From assembly GCA_977030845.1 (NCBI GenBank), contig OZ365109.1, positions 35,836,001-35,900,000 on the forward strand: a DNA stretch of 64,000 nt, in the 5' to 3' direction. Positions within the stretch are counted from its first letter, which is position 1; each line of letters begins with the position of its first letter. This DNA is from Fimbriosthenelais zetlandica (Eukaryota). The position numbers and the translations under genes are program-made. Positions 38,601 to 50,029 of the stretch are shown piece after piece. Below the pieces are notes generated by a model. It was not told the origin of the DNA. It did no database searches and worked only from the letters and a program-made list of their open reading frames with translations.

Positions 38601-41600
38601 AGATACATAATGATAGGATTTACACATGTGTAGGTGGTACCGGTGTCCTTGGTTTGCCTTATAATGATCACCCAATTTCGGGATGCTTTAAAGTTTGTAT
38701 GAAATTTGTATGATTATTACTNNNNNNNNNNNNNNNNNNNNNNNNNNNNNNNNNNNNNNNNNNNNNNNNNNNNNNNNNNNNNNNNNNNNNNNNNNNNNNN
38801 NNNNNNNNNNNNNNNNNNNNNNNNNNNNNNNNNNNNNNNNNNNNNNNNNNNNNNNNNNNNNNNNNNNNNNNNNNNNNNNNNNNNNNNNNNNNNNNNNNNN
38901 NNNNNNNNTACTGTCCCCATGCATGCAAGCAATTGTTCCATTCAAGCAAATTCATGTGCATGGCAAAGATCTGATCTTTTTTTCTTAATCATGTAGGCCT
39001 ACATATACTAGGTTATCTGGGGCTTTTTAATATCAAATTTTTACTTTCTTTACAGACCGTTTGATGATTGTCCTGGTAAGAAGGAGGAGCCTGAGCGCGA
39101 TCCTTGCGGCGCAGCTAGCCCTCGTGTAGGCCTTCATCTGCGTCGCTCCAAATCAGAGCTTCCATCGGAAAGCCATTATCTTCCCGGTGAAAAGTCACCT
39201 ACAGTAGATACACCCGTCCTCTCTGAGAAATACCTCACCGGAAGTGCCCACGAGCAAAACGGAAGCAGCGGTGCCCCGACTAACATGGCGCATGCGCAGG
39301 ATGGAAGGCGCGTCCGTGGCGCCACGCTTCGTAGGGGGCGCACTATTAAGCAGGACTCGAGAGAGGGGACAGCCAATGTGAGACAGTCACTGAAAATGGT
39401 TAACGGACACGGGAGGGACGCCGAACCTGACGTCAATGGCGGACTAAGTGATAAAGAGAGCCAGAAAATGAAGGCGGCTTTGGTAGGGTCGACTGTTGGA
39501 TCTCAGACTATTCTACCGCCTACAACCCCCGCACTTACAACGTGTCGCCATATGGTGGAGGCTATACGCGATAGACTGCAAAGTAAGTAATGCAATATTT
39601 ATTTTGTTAACATGTAACACTTCTGTAAACTTTCTTTTTGCCGATCAATCTTGCGATTGACCTTGGCAGCATGTAACAGTAGTATAGGACAATAGGCTTT
39701 TCAGCAGGATTATTTCATGTTGTTAGATGTTTTGGCACGTTCTAAAACGTGCTCCGCAAGTGAAAGGAAGTAAAGTCATTAAGTTTTTAAAGGAATGCAA
39801 TTATATATTATATATAAGTCTATAGTTGTTGGGTTTTATGCATGATAACCCAACGCTCTATTCAGATTAGATTCCGCCTTCAAGGCATATTTTGTTTTGC
39901 TTTCATATATGTTTTTTTTCACTTAAATTGGAACTACCATCAATGCATCCATCAATCCATCATACATTATTTCAAATCCGGACTTGTAAACTTTAATAGT
40001 TTCAGTTTGAGCTAGACTGAATAATAGAATAAATGCATACTTTCAAGATTTAAGATTTTGGAAATACTCGATCACAAATATATGGAGACCGAATAAAACG
40101 TAGATTTGCTGCGCCATTTTGGAGAATATAAATGTAAGCCTACGTTAGTGAGACGGTCATATGGCCATGGCTTGAGGCACTGTACACAGAAAGGTAGTGT
40201 TTCCTGGGCTAGGATTACTTACAGCCCTGTATAATCATCCCTTCTGTTAGAACTCATGTCACAACCTCCCCCTTTTTTTTTTTTTACAGATGGTCCGGAC
40301 AGAGAGACATTATTGGAAAAGGTGCTATACAACTGTGAGTGTATTAAAGAAGCTGTCATTAATATACTTGAGCTGCATGCTCAAGGTCAGGACTCCCACC
40401 ATGGTGTTTGTAAGTATATTCTCATATTCATATACTTTAAAAACAATAACACATAGATTGACATTTCTGCTTGACATTTGTACACATGTATATTAGGGGC
40501 AGATCTGGGTTTAGTCCCCTCTCCGCCACAGACTATGATGTCAAGTATAAATCGCTCTGCTATTTTTTCCGTCAGATTTCTGGCGAGGACTGGGCCGCAT
40601 TTTACTAAGCCCACGAGACCCAACGACCCCATCTTTGAAAATGCTTATTGTTGACAGCTAAGATTGTCAACGATGGTACAATGGAAATGCTTCTACGAGG
40701 GGTCGTTGGGTCTCGTTGGTTTAGTACAATGGGCCCCAGATCTGGGTTTAGTCCCCTCTCCGCCACAGACTGGAGTTCTTTGGAATAATGTAATTTACCT
40801 GACTAGCAAAGCTTCTGGTTCAAGGTGTACAAACAGACTATGAACTGAAGTACCATATTATAGTAGTTAATGTTACAGTACCTCTAGTAGTTAATGTTAC
40901 AGTACCATATTATAGTAGTTAATGTTACAGTACCATATTATAGTAGTTAATGTTACAGTACCATATTATAGTAGTTAATGTTACAGTACCATATTATAGT
41001 AGTTAATGTTACAGTACCTTTGTGTTCTTCCATTATGACAGTTGGGTGGTCAGACACGGATGTCATGCGTTCCTCGTCTCTACACTTGGTGGCAGCACTT
41101 GATAACCTGACGTCACATCTCACGTGTTGGATTGCCGCATTACCAGAATCAGTCCTTGCTGAGACTTTCGTGAAAAAAGATGATGAAAATTCAAGATTTT
41201 CAAGCAGGTTCGTTGACTTCGTAGGCCAAGGAAAAAGTGATGTAATTTAGGGTGGATTTAGATTAATCAACATTAAATTTCATTGGCCTACACCTAGGCC
41301 TTTTCCTTACCTCCAATCTCTCTCCTTCTCTCATTGAGTCTCATTCTTCACTATCGTATCCCTGTTCCCCATGCCGGTGTGGCCCCATTTTCTGTAGGAA
41401 TTAAATCTATGGTACTAATTAAATGGATTCTAAAATGTAAAAGAAGATTCTGTCCCCAATATTTAGTTCTCTACACTCAAACAAATGATTTCCACGTTAG
41501 TAGAAATGGCTCTGGAAATATTTCACGGATTTACGGTAATGTAGGCTGATCCAGCAGCGCTGATTATGGCAATAAACATTGACACGCCACTAACACCTTC

Positions 41601-44600
41601 CATAAAAAGCCTTCAACCAGCATTTAGTTAGCCTCTATACATCATCGGCGGGCTCTCATTGGCATGATGTATCGGCAGTAGTGAGAGCTGATTCTGATTG
41701 CCCGTCATTATTGTCGGAGCTGAGCTGCTCACAAAAAACAGTCCTAGTATTTTACTGCTTTATATCGTGTTTCTCTTGAGATCACTGTCTATTCTGCTGC
41801 TCTTCTATTTAATGGCAACTAATCGTACATTGTGGTGCAGATTATTGATAGGTGGTGTTCTCTGTTTAAATACCGTATAAATTTTGCCGGAGTATAAACC
41901 GAAAAATAGGAACCGATTTTTATGTGGATTTCTACTCAAACCAGTGCCCTCAAACCGCTCCCCGCTCCCCGCTCCCCGCTCCCCGCTCCCCGCTCCCTGC
42001 TGCCCGCTCCCCTCTCCCCTCTCCCCTCTCCCCTCTCCCCCTTGAATCTCCGTTTCGTCAATCCAGGACTCACCCATGTTGTAGGCTATCTATAATGGTA
42101 ATATTTAGTTAATGTATTACAATTATGTTATCATATTTCAGGATTGCAGGTGACGAGTATATCTCGGTTAAGGAAGGTTTGAGCGAGGAAGAACCTGCTA
42201 AAGAAGACCCTGTAAAGAACGCTCAGTGCTGCATGACAGCAATGTTAGAGAAACTTGCTTCCGACCTATCAATACTGCTCCAGGTGGGTCAGTTCTTATA
42301 ATTATTGCATAGGAAACTGCGCCGTCAATTTGACCTACTATAAAATCATGATTTCCTGAAAGGTTACTTAAAATTATCAGTGCTAGATTTATTAATAACA
42401 CCCGCAAAAAGCCTGGACAATAGGCCTGCTTGTATTGAAGTTTACAGTTAAAGTTCAATTTCATGAGAAAAAAAATTGTTCAGTCCCCAATGCACCAACC
42501 TCAGGAATCTATATTATTGATCTATGTTCCACATGTAATAATGTTTATTTGGCTATTACTGTATTAGAGGTCATTGATATTATCCCATTTTGAAAAACGA
42601 AGTAACATAGAATACTGCCTTGCAGTTTGCAGAACAAGATGACGATTCAGAAGTAAACGATACAGCTTCGCGGATATTTGACCACATCTACGACATCTGT
42701 CGGAAATGTGGTGAACTATGTATCTCTGTTGACGAGAAGCCTCAGGTACTGTGGACGACGGAGAGGCAAAGTCTGGAGGAATTGATGACATTCGAGACGA
42801 AAAATAAAAACGATCCATTCAGACCTAGGGTACGCCATTTCATGTTTAGCTTTCTGCTTTCTGTAAGCCCAGTCGAATATACGAGGCACAAGGGTTTGGA
42901 AATCTGAACTTTCTCAGATCCTTTCCCGTTTCTCTTAAACTCCATCAGCATAATTATATAGTGGTGTATTGCAATAACTTCTCTAAATTCGTTCTATAGA
43001 TGCTGTAAAAAATGCATGAGGCTTTTTGACGATATTAATCATCCCAATCATTTTCCAGCCCGGAAGTGACATCAAGCAGGCGTTCCTGAACGGAAGTGAC
43101 GTTCTTGTTGAGCGAGCATTGGTGGATACGTTTCAAACGGCCGCCGACTGTGAGGAACAAATCAGGGCACTCTCAAACCATAAAGAAGCGGACGAGGTTA
43201 GTACTGAAAATGCTGAAATACAATGCAATATGATCAAATCCAAGTTTAAATAATAATCGTTAATTATACTCATACTAACAACCTCAATCTTTCTACTAAC
43301 CCACTCTACACACCTCACAAATCGCTGTGTAAACATCCTAAATAACAAAAATACACAGTGTTCCCTCTCAGTCCCATTCACCATGCACCCTTATAGGGAA
43401 GTTTCATTGGCTCGTTATTGTTAGAAATAGATACCTTCTAAGATTTAAAGCATTTCATTCACTTATAATTTATAATTTCAGTCATCTGAGGACATTCTCA
43501 AACATATGTATGTGGTTGTAGCAACGACCAAGGTGCTGATACGACGGGCCAAACAAGTTCAGGTAAAATGATTTTGTCATTGAAAATGTATCCAAAACTC
43601 ATTGAAAATGGGTTTACGTTTCTTTCTGGCGTAAAAAAGTGTATGTTGCAACAGGTTTAAATCAGTTACAGAACAATTAAAGCCGGGACTCCACTGCTGC
43701 GATTTGATTGCGACACGTCTGCGATGCTTGTGTTTCAATGATAAATTTACCATTGGAGGACTGCCTTAGACACTTGAATCACTTGAATTTATAAATTTTA
43801 TTCTTACACAACTTGCAGCAGTGGAGTCCCGGCTTAAGGTTATAAATCGACGTGCATAAAACCTTGTAATTGATTCTCAGACGTTTTGGATTTCTATTTT
43901 TCAGTCAGATTTGAGTAAAGTTGCACGCGATGACCCAGACCAGCCTGATCATCATTATGATTCGCACTTCAGCAGAAACAGTGCTGTGTTGACGCATGCC
44001 TCACAACTCTCTGATGCTTTAACTCTCCTAGGTCAAGCTGCCTCCACCATGGTCATAGGTATGTACATTTACACCCATTGCTAGCGCTCCTAATTTTCAA
44101 ACCCCCTCATTTTGAAGCCCATTCTTAAAAATTTAGAAAATTTACGATAGCACCATACTACATGTAAGCCTACTGATAAGGATGCAGTGACTGAAATCTA
44201 ATAGCTCACTGACTTAATCTTCGACAGATACAGATTCAATGCATAATCCCCATCATGTAAATTAATGTGAATTGCTATAACCTATATATGGAAAATGCAA
44301 CACTACAGGCTTCCTCTACAAGAATTAATCCATTTCCTACATGCCCTCGAACTTCTAAAAGTCCCTCAACATGGCTTTTCTCTCACCACCTACATAGCCT
44401 ATCAATTGAACCAAGAACCCTTTTGTATCCCGCTTCTATATTTTTCTTTCATTTCCTTTTACAGACGGTGAACCGAGTGACATGCGGAAGGTGGGCCGTT
44501 GTGGCGAGATTGTCCTCAAATCGTGCTGCCGCCTAGCAGCTGTCCCTGGCATTACAGGCGAGAGTTTGGAAACTGGGGGCAGGCCGCGTTCTACCACCCC

Positions 44601-44952
44601 GTCCTCCAATCTCAACGGCCTTCTGAGTCCCCGAGTCAAAGGCAAACTCTGTGTCAGTCTCTCCATTGATGCCAAATCAGACAATCCCATTGTGGCCGCC
44701 CTATTGACTAAGTCACAAACAGAGGGCCTGGAGAGAGCGGTTATTGACGTCAATACAGCGCTCACTTCCCTTATCAATGCCATACACTGCCACCTACCGG
44801 CAGACCTCAGTAACAGTCGCACCCGCCGTATGCTTCCGGTCGTACCGCAGCGACCTCTGGGAAGGTCGAACTCAGCTAAACAAGCACCCTCCAAACGGCG
44901 CTTAAGTCGTGACTTAACCAGCATGCACTTAAGACGAAGTCAAGAAGTCTGA
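30755..44952 (+). CDS. Uncharacterised 12-exon protein (835 aa from ATG 30755, or 795 aa from ATG 30875); disordered Ser/Pro-rich N-half, amphipathic-helix-rich C-half
   Basis: Phase-consistent exons 30755/30875-30925, 33789-33863, 34927-35168, 39056-39582, 40290-40409, 41042-41207, 42142-42283, 42626-42829, 43059-43196, 43482-43562, 43905-44058, 44465-44952 (TGA). All junctions are GT-AG and there are no internal stops. Exon 7 and 8 donors have in-phase alternatives (42211, ~42745), and the gap at 38722-38908 could hide an exon. Confidence 0.8.
31449..32322. mobile_element. Non-autonomous piggyBac-like element, 874 bp
   Basis: TTAA|CCCTTTAATGCCGA ... TCGGCATTAAAGGG|TTAA: 14-bp perfect TIR, CCC termini, TTAA TSD; no transposase ORF. 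Confidence 0.88.
32660..32718. repeat. (GA)n microsatellite followed by poly-G
   Basis: Direct reading. Confidence 0.9.
32952..33188. mobile_element. Degenerate MITE with ~40-bp imperfect TIRs
   Basis: CATATATGATGTGTTTTCACGAAATGAGTCTAAAGTCGC is inverted relative to GCGACTTTAGACTCATTTCATGAAAACACGTCACATATG. Confidence 0.65.
38063..38305. mobile_element. PIF/Harbinger (Tourist-like) MITE, 243 bp
   Basis: TAA|AGCCCGACATCCAC...GTGGATGTCGGGCT|TAA: 14-bp TIR, 3-bp TAA TSD; GATC-rich interior. Confidence 0.8.
38722..38908. other. Assembly gap (187 N)
   Basis: Run of N inside intron 3 of the uncharacterised gene. Confidence 1.
40593..40736. mobile_element. Hairpin MITE family A, copy 2 (left arm partly deleted)
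   Basis: Same TIRs as copy 1; flanks CTG/CAG; associated with a 35-bp direct repeat. Confidence 0.85.
40850..41018. repeat. 28-bp minisatellite (AGTACCATATTATAGTAGTTAATGTTAC), ~6 copies
   Basis: Direct reading; ends ~25 bp before the exon 6 acceptor at 41040-41041. Confidence 0.9.
41955..42041. repeat. (CCCCGCT)n/(CCCCTCT)n heptamer microsatellite
   Basis: Direct reading. Confidence 0.9.
43681..43834. mobile_element. PIF/Harbinger (Tourist-like) MITE, 154 bp
   Basis: TAA|AGCCGGGACTCCACTGCTGC...GCAGCAGTGGAGTCCCGGCT|TAA: perfect 20-bp TIR, TAA TSD. Confidence 0.88.
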
Positions 44953-47900
44953 GCGACAATTGTTAATACAGTTGGAAGGAAAAGTATTCAACGTCTATTA
45001 TGATTAGATTCATTGGGAAAATGTCGAAGTTATCAAATCTTCGCAAGAACCAGTCGAACCGGAGGGAGCTTGTTTTCCCCGTATAGATTCGTCTCTGATC
45101 ATTCCACAGGCATTATTGAGATAGATTCAATATTTAATATTTGATCTTGTTCATGTGTTATCAATGCCATATAGCTGATAACTTTGACATTTCATGGAAA
45201 CCTTATTTGAGGCAGAAATGGACGTTAATTAAGACACAAATGGACGTGAATGTCATTTAAAGCTACCTCTGCTCCAGATGGAATATTTATATCTAGTCCC
45301 TATGGAGGATCCCTATATATAGTTGATCCACCTAGTTTGTATCTGTGTTACCTGGTAATAGTATTTATTATATCAGTTTCGCTATACCTGATTCAAGATC
45401 AGGGCCTGCCGTCTCTGGAGAACAATTTGGCTCATTAGTCTGTAGCCTATTAGTGTTACGAAACACACCCAGAAGTTATTGTGATAAATATACCTACACT
45501 ACAACCTCAAAATATTAAAAGAGTCGTCTAGCATATTATAATATTTTGGTAGCGATTATTTTGTCCTGAAACATTATATTAAATAGTATTAACAGAAATT
45601 ATATACTTTACATGTGCGCATGGGTATCTATTAGTAACAGCTACATAGTGGTGCACACTGTAGAGCAGAAAACTTTGGTATATAAAAGTTGGTAAGTATA
45701 TACATGTATACATACAATATACGTGTACAAAAAAGGAAAATGTGGTGCCTCCTCGGCTATCGTAGTTCAACGCTACCCCAATTGAACCAACCTAGGCGGC
45801 TTTCGTACCGTACCTACTTCCTGTCTGCGACAGTTGGAATTTCAAAGCTCACTTACATGATGAATCATTTATCTTATATTCAGTGACTTCTTCGTGTAAT
45901 ACAATATTATTAAGATTTCTTCTATGACTTATAAATTCTGCCAAAACATTGCCAAAAATATTTGAAATATTTCATATTATTCCTTTGAATGGACCCGTTG
46001 TTGCTATATGAATTGGAAAAATTGCCCCCTGGAAAGGAGACAATGAAAAATTACTAGAACCACTGCAGTTTTGCTATAATATTATGAGTAGAACTATCAT
46101 TATACTAGGTTTAATTTGTATTGTTCTGTAAAGATCTACCCTTCCGTAAAGCGATATTATAGGCCTACCTCTTGGAAATTTGAAAAGGACAAATTGGTAA
46201 AAATGTTGGGTACTATGAGCGTAACATACATTCAAGTATGGTCCATTAAGTTTATATTAAGTGGTTACGAGCAGCGGTATTAATGTTGAATAGAAAAATT
46301 CCCCGAGATATTTGAAATTTTGCCATTGGAACAGTTCCATCAGACATCAAAAGCACATCCATATCTTATGTATACATGTATACGCTGGTCTGATTATGCC
46401 ATTCCCATTTATTGAAATTCACATTTCCAATGAAGAACCATATACATTCCTATGACGTGAACTGCTGGTTATATTAGAAGGGAAATGTTGATTGTGTCAG
46501 TCTAATATAATGTTCGTGATAGATCATTATTGTACTGTTTTGTGGCCAGTAAACATTGATAATTCGTCCATCTTATTAATGTTCCTTTTAAAACCAAACC
46601 AAAACAAATAATGTATGGCTCTCAAGAATTTTAAGTAAAATAAATATGTTCCTCATAATGACATGTTTTGTGTCTGCTTATAAATGTGATTATAATCTCT
46701 TGGTAATTCCAATGTTTTATTCTAAGATTTGGCGAAAAATAGGTACATGTACATAGAAACTGACTTTAGAGTGATGGTGGTAATCTTATCATTGGCATGC
46801 AGTGCAGTGGCCAATCCCCACATGCAATTATACCAACATTTTACAAGTAAAGTTTCCATACGCACATCCTCTCTATACATATAGGGAGAATATTACTTCC
46901 TTGATGTTACTTTTTTATGAAATAGTACCTTGAGTGGTTAATTACCGGATATACTCTGGGGGACAAAATGTAACGAAGGGAGAATTTCGAAGTACAATAA
47001 GAAATTATTAGGTATTTCATTCTTTTTTTTTCTCACACAATACAGGGACATAATATTCTGGGAACAAATAGTAGGATTATTTTACGTTTTGACCAGCATT
47101 TTCTTCAGTGTCAACTCTATTGCAAATCTATTGCAAATCTAGCTGTCAGTGACAGGTCCCCAAAGAAAACATAATTTGATTATGTAATTATGGAAGTACA
47201 TAATAAATATGCGTTTCATTTTCAGTTACTTAAAGGGACAGAAAACACTAGTATAATGTAGAGTTCTAACAATATATAAACATGAATGATATTTTTCAGC
47301 CAAATGTATTTCAGGATAAATTTGTTTTTAGAATCCAACATTGGAGGCCACTACTGTTTTCTGCCCCGTTAATAGAGCTTTGAAGAGTTCTATATCAATT
47401 GATCAATAATGAAATTGATATTATGACTTATTAAAAATGTGGAGAGTGGACCATGTTTGCTTAAGACAAGGATGAATCACCATCAGAAATCTCGTAGGCG
47501 GTCGGAGAAACTCCATTCCAAAACTTTTTTTGGCTCAAGGTGTCTGTCCAATCTGTAAAATGTTAAGGATCTGCCCATGCAGATATATTTACTCATCGAT
47601 CGATACTATCGATAAGAGAATATACTAAAAACAGCCTGTTTATTAAGTTTTGGCGGCTTTTTATGTTTTACAAATGTCACGTAGCCTACCAACCGGTACA
47701 AATTTCTTGCCCCATGAACCGGTACAAATTTCTTGCTCCATAAAATAAATCAATATGTTACAGGTTTATATAGACAGGTATTGTAGACATTCTGCATAGT
47801 TGGATGTCCACATCATTATAATAAAATTGCATGGTCCGACTCCAATATTGCGATTCTCCTACCAATGGGGGGTGCAACCCTTCCTCTGGATCAGCCAGTC

Positions 47901-49230
47901 AATCAGCTCTTCAAATGGGGATTTTGCATAACCTGAGTACATTTGAGCCAACATTCATTTAATAATATATTCATAAATAGGTAGTCATCACGTTGATTTT
48001 CATTAATAACTCATTAACAAAAACTTAATTATCGATTTATGCATCTGTTTTGGGATCCAAATTAATATGGTAACTGATAGACATAAATCTGTTCGACTAC
48101 AGGCTACATTAGATTCATAGACAGTCGGCATATCTGGCACTGACAGTTCAAGTGTTCACTTAAACAAATATGGGCTGATTTCTCTCTGTTTGCTCCCATC
48201 TTAGGTTATCATTGATGTCTTTCAGTGTTCACAAAGATAGGGTACTCACAGAAGATACTATTTCAAGTACACATATCATAAATACATTCTAATACCTGTC
48301 TTTGCACGTCAGTGGAGAAATTTATGACGAAAAGAGTATAGTTTCAAACGCAACGGTTTTTTTTTAACTAAATAGAATAATAAAAATATACTTTGAGTCT
48401 TAATTAAGATTTATTCGGTCACCAGTATTTTTCTTTTCTTGTATGATTTTCTATATTCATCAGGTATATCTTTAAATAACATTAGGGCCCACACTATGCT
48501 CTTTTTTTTTCTTCCTTTTTTTTTTTTTTACCAAATATAGGCTTTCAAATGTGTTAGATCTTGATGCTATATATTGTAGTCTAGAATATTTTAACCATAT
48601 ACATTAAGAATAAAGTAGATAAAATTAAAGAAAATCGATCTGAAGAGCGTACAGAACCATGCATACTAAGGTACCAAACAAGATACTTCTTAAACGCCAG
48701 AAATCTACTTGAGTAGTTTTCATTATCTCAAGGTGGTGATCTTTCCCTATGTAGATGATTGATCACAATGCTCTAGAATGAATCACTCGTATAGACAGAA
48801 TACAATTATTTGCGTCAAATATCTTTTGATAAAGAAGTGTATGAATGTAATCGGACATTTATTTTCACAGAGCTGCCAAGTGATCCTTGACATTATAAAG
48901 ACAAAAAATATCGGACTCTTATAGGCCCTACAGTATCGATTCGCACATCTTCAGTACGTTGTCTGCATAATACTTTTAATCTGAACATTTATTCTTAGAT
49001 CTTATTAAGTCAACAACACTGAGATGAAAACAAAAAATAATACGATGAAACGTCCCCGACATAAATCTGACTGACTTTATCTTTGAATTCACTGTTCACA
49101 TTAAAAGAAAGTTTGATGTATTTGACCATTTTATGGCTAGATTTCGATTTCTCATTTAATTACTATATATTCATTTTTCAATTATTCAATATAAAAGGTT
49201 ATTCTATATCTGGGTCACGTCCATAACCTG

Positions 49231-49399
49231 GGGCCCCATTGTACTAAGCCAACGAGACCCAACGACCCCTCGTAGAAGCATTTCCATTGTACCATCATTG
49301 AAAATGCTTATTGTTGACAGCTAAGATTGTCAACGATGGTACAATGGAAATGTTTCTACGAGGGGTCGTTGGGTCTCGTTGGCTTAGTACAATGGGCCC
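49231..49399. mobile_element. Hairpin MITE family A, copy 3
   Basis: CTG|GGGCCCCATTG...CAATGGGCCC|CTG; matched CWG TSD. Confidence 0.9.
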
Positions 49400-49834
49400 C
49401 TGCATTAGGTCTAATTTCCCGAAGGTAAGTCTATTCTACCTAATCATGATCAGATTAATTTTGTATTCTGTTATAGGCTACACTAGGCTTTATCACTACA
49501 GTTCTCTAACATTAAATATACCGGCACGTATTTAGCATAGAATAATACAGTCAGGTATTCTCTATGAATAGCACTGTCGTTAGTAAACTGTATTCAATTA
49601 TACAGTATATTTTAGCGTTTCACTACCTCGTATAGCTATAGGCCTACCATCAACAGAAGGTCGCCAGTCATTCAAATTATAACACATTGGATGTGGGATA
49701 GGGAGGGAGAGCCATGAACATGAATCTTTTAGAACCATAGTTTCATATTCATAATTTGTATAATTCTAACCGACCCCCACCCCCTCTCCCCCGGCCCTTA
49801 ATCTTTACCTGAAAGGTTCCTTTAACTTTACCTG

Positions 49835-50002
49835 GGGCCCATTGTACTAAGCCAACGAGACCCAACGACCACTCGTAGAAGCATTTCCATTGTACCATCG
49901 TTGAAAATGCTTATTGTTGACAGCTAAGATTGTCAACGATGGTACAATGGAAATGCTTCTACGAGGGGTCGTTGGGTGTCGTTGGTTTAGTACAATGGGC
50001 CC
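49835..50002. mobile_element. Hairpin MITE family A, copy 4
   Basis: Full-length palindrome with flanks CTG/CAG; 27 bp downstream of the stop codon of the Mab-21-like gene. Confidence 0.9.
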
Positions 50003-50029
50003 CAGGTATAAACAGAAGGATCCTTATTT

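Noticed and set aside
38668-38996. ORFs spanning poly-X
   Set aside because: Artefacts of the N gap.
40850-41018. Regularly spaced 28-bp repeats as a possible CRISPR array
   Set aside because: Head-to-tail with no unique spacers, in a eukaryotic intron; this is a minisatellite.
44436-44924. 162-aa minus-strand ORF
   Set aside because: Antisense to the last exon of the 12-exon gene; no recognisable motifs.
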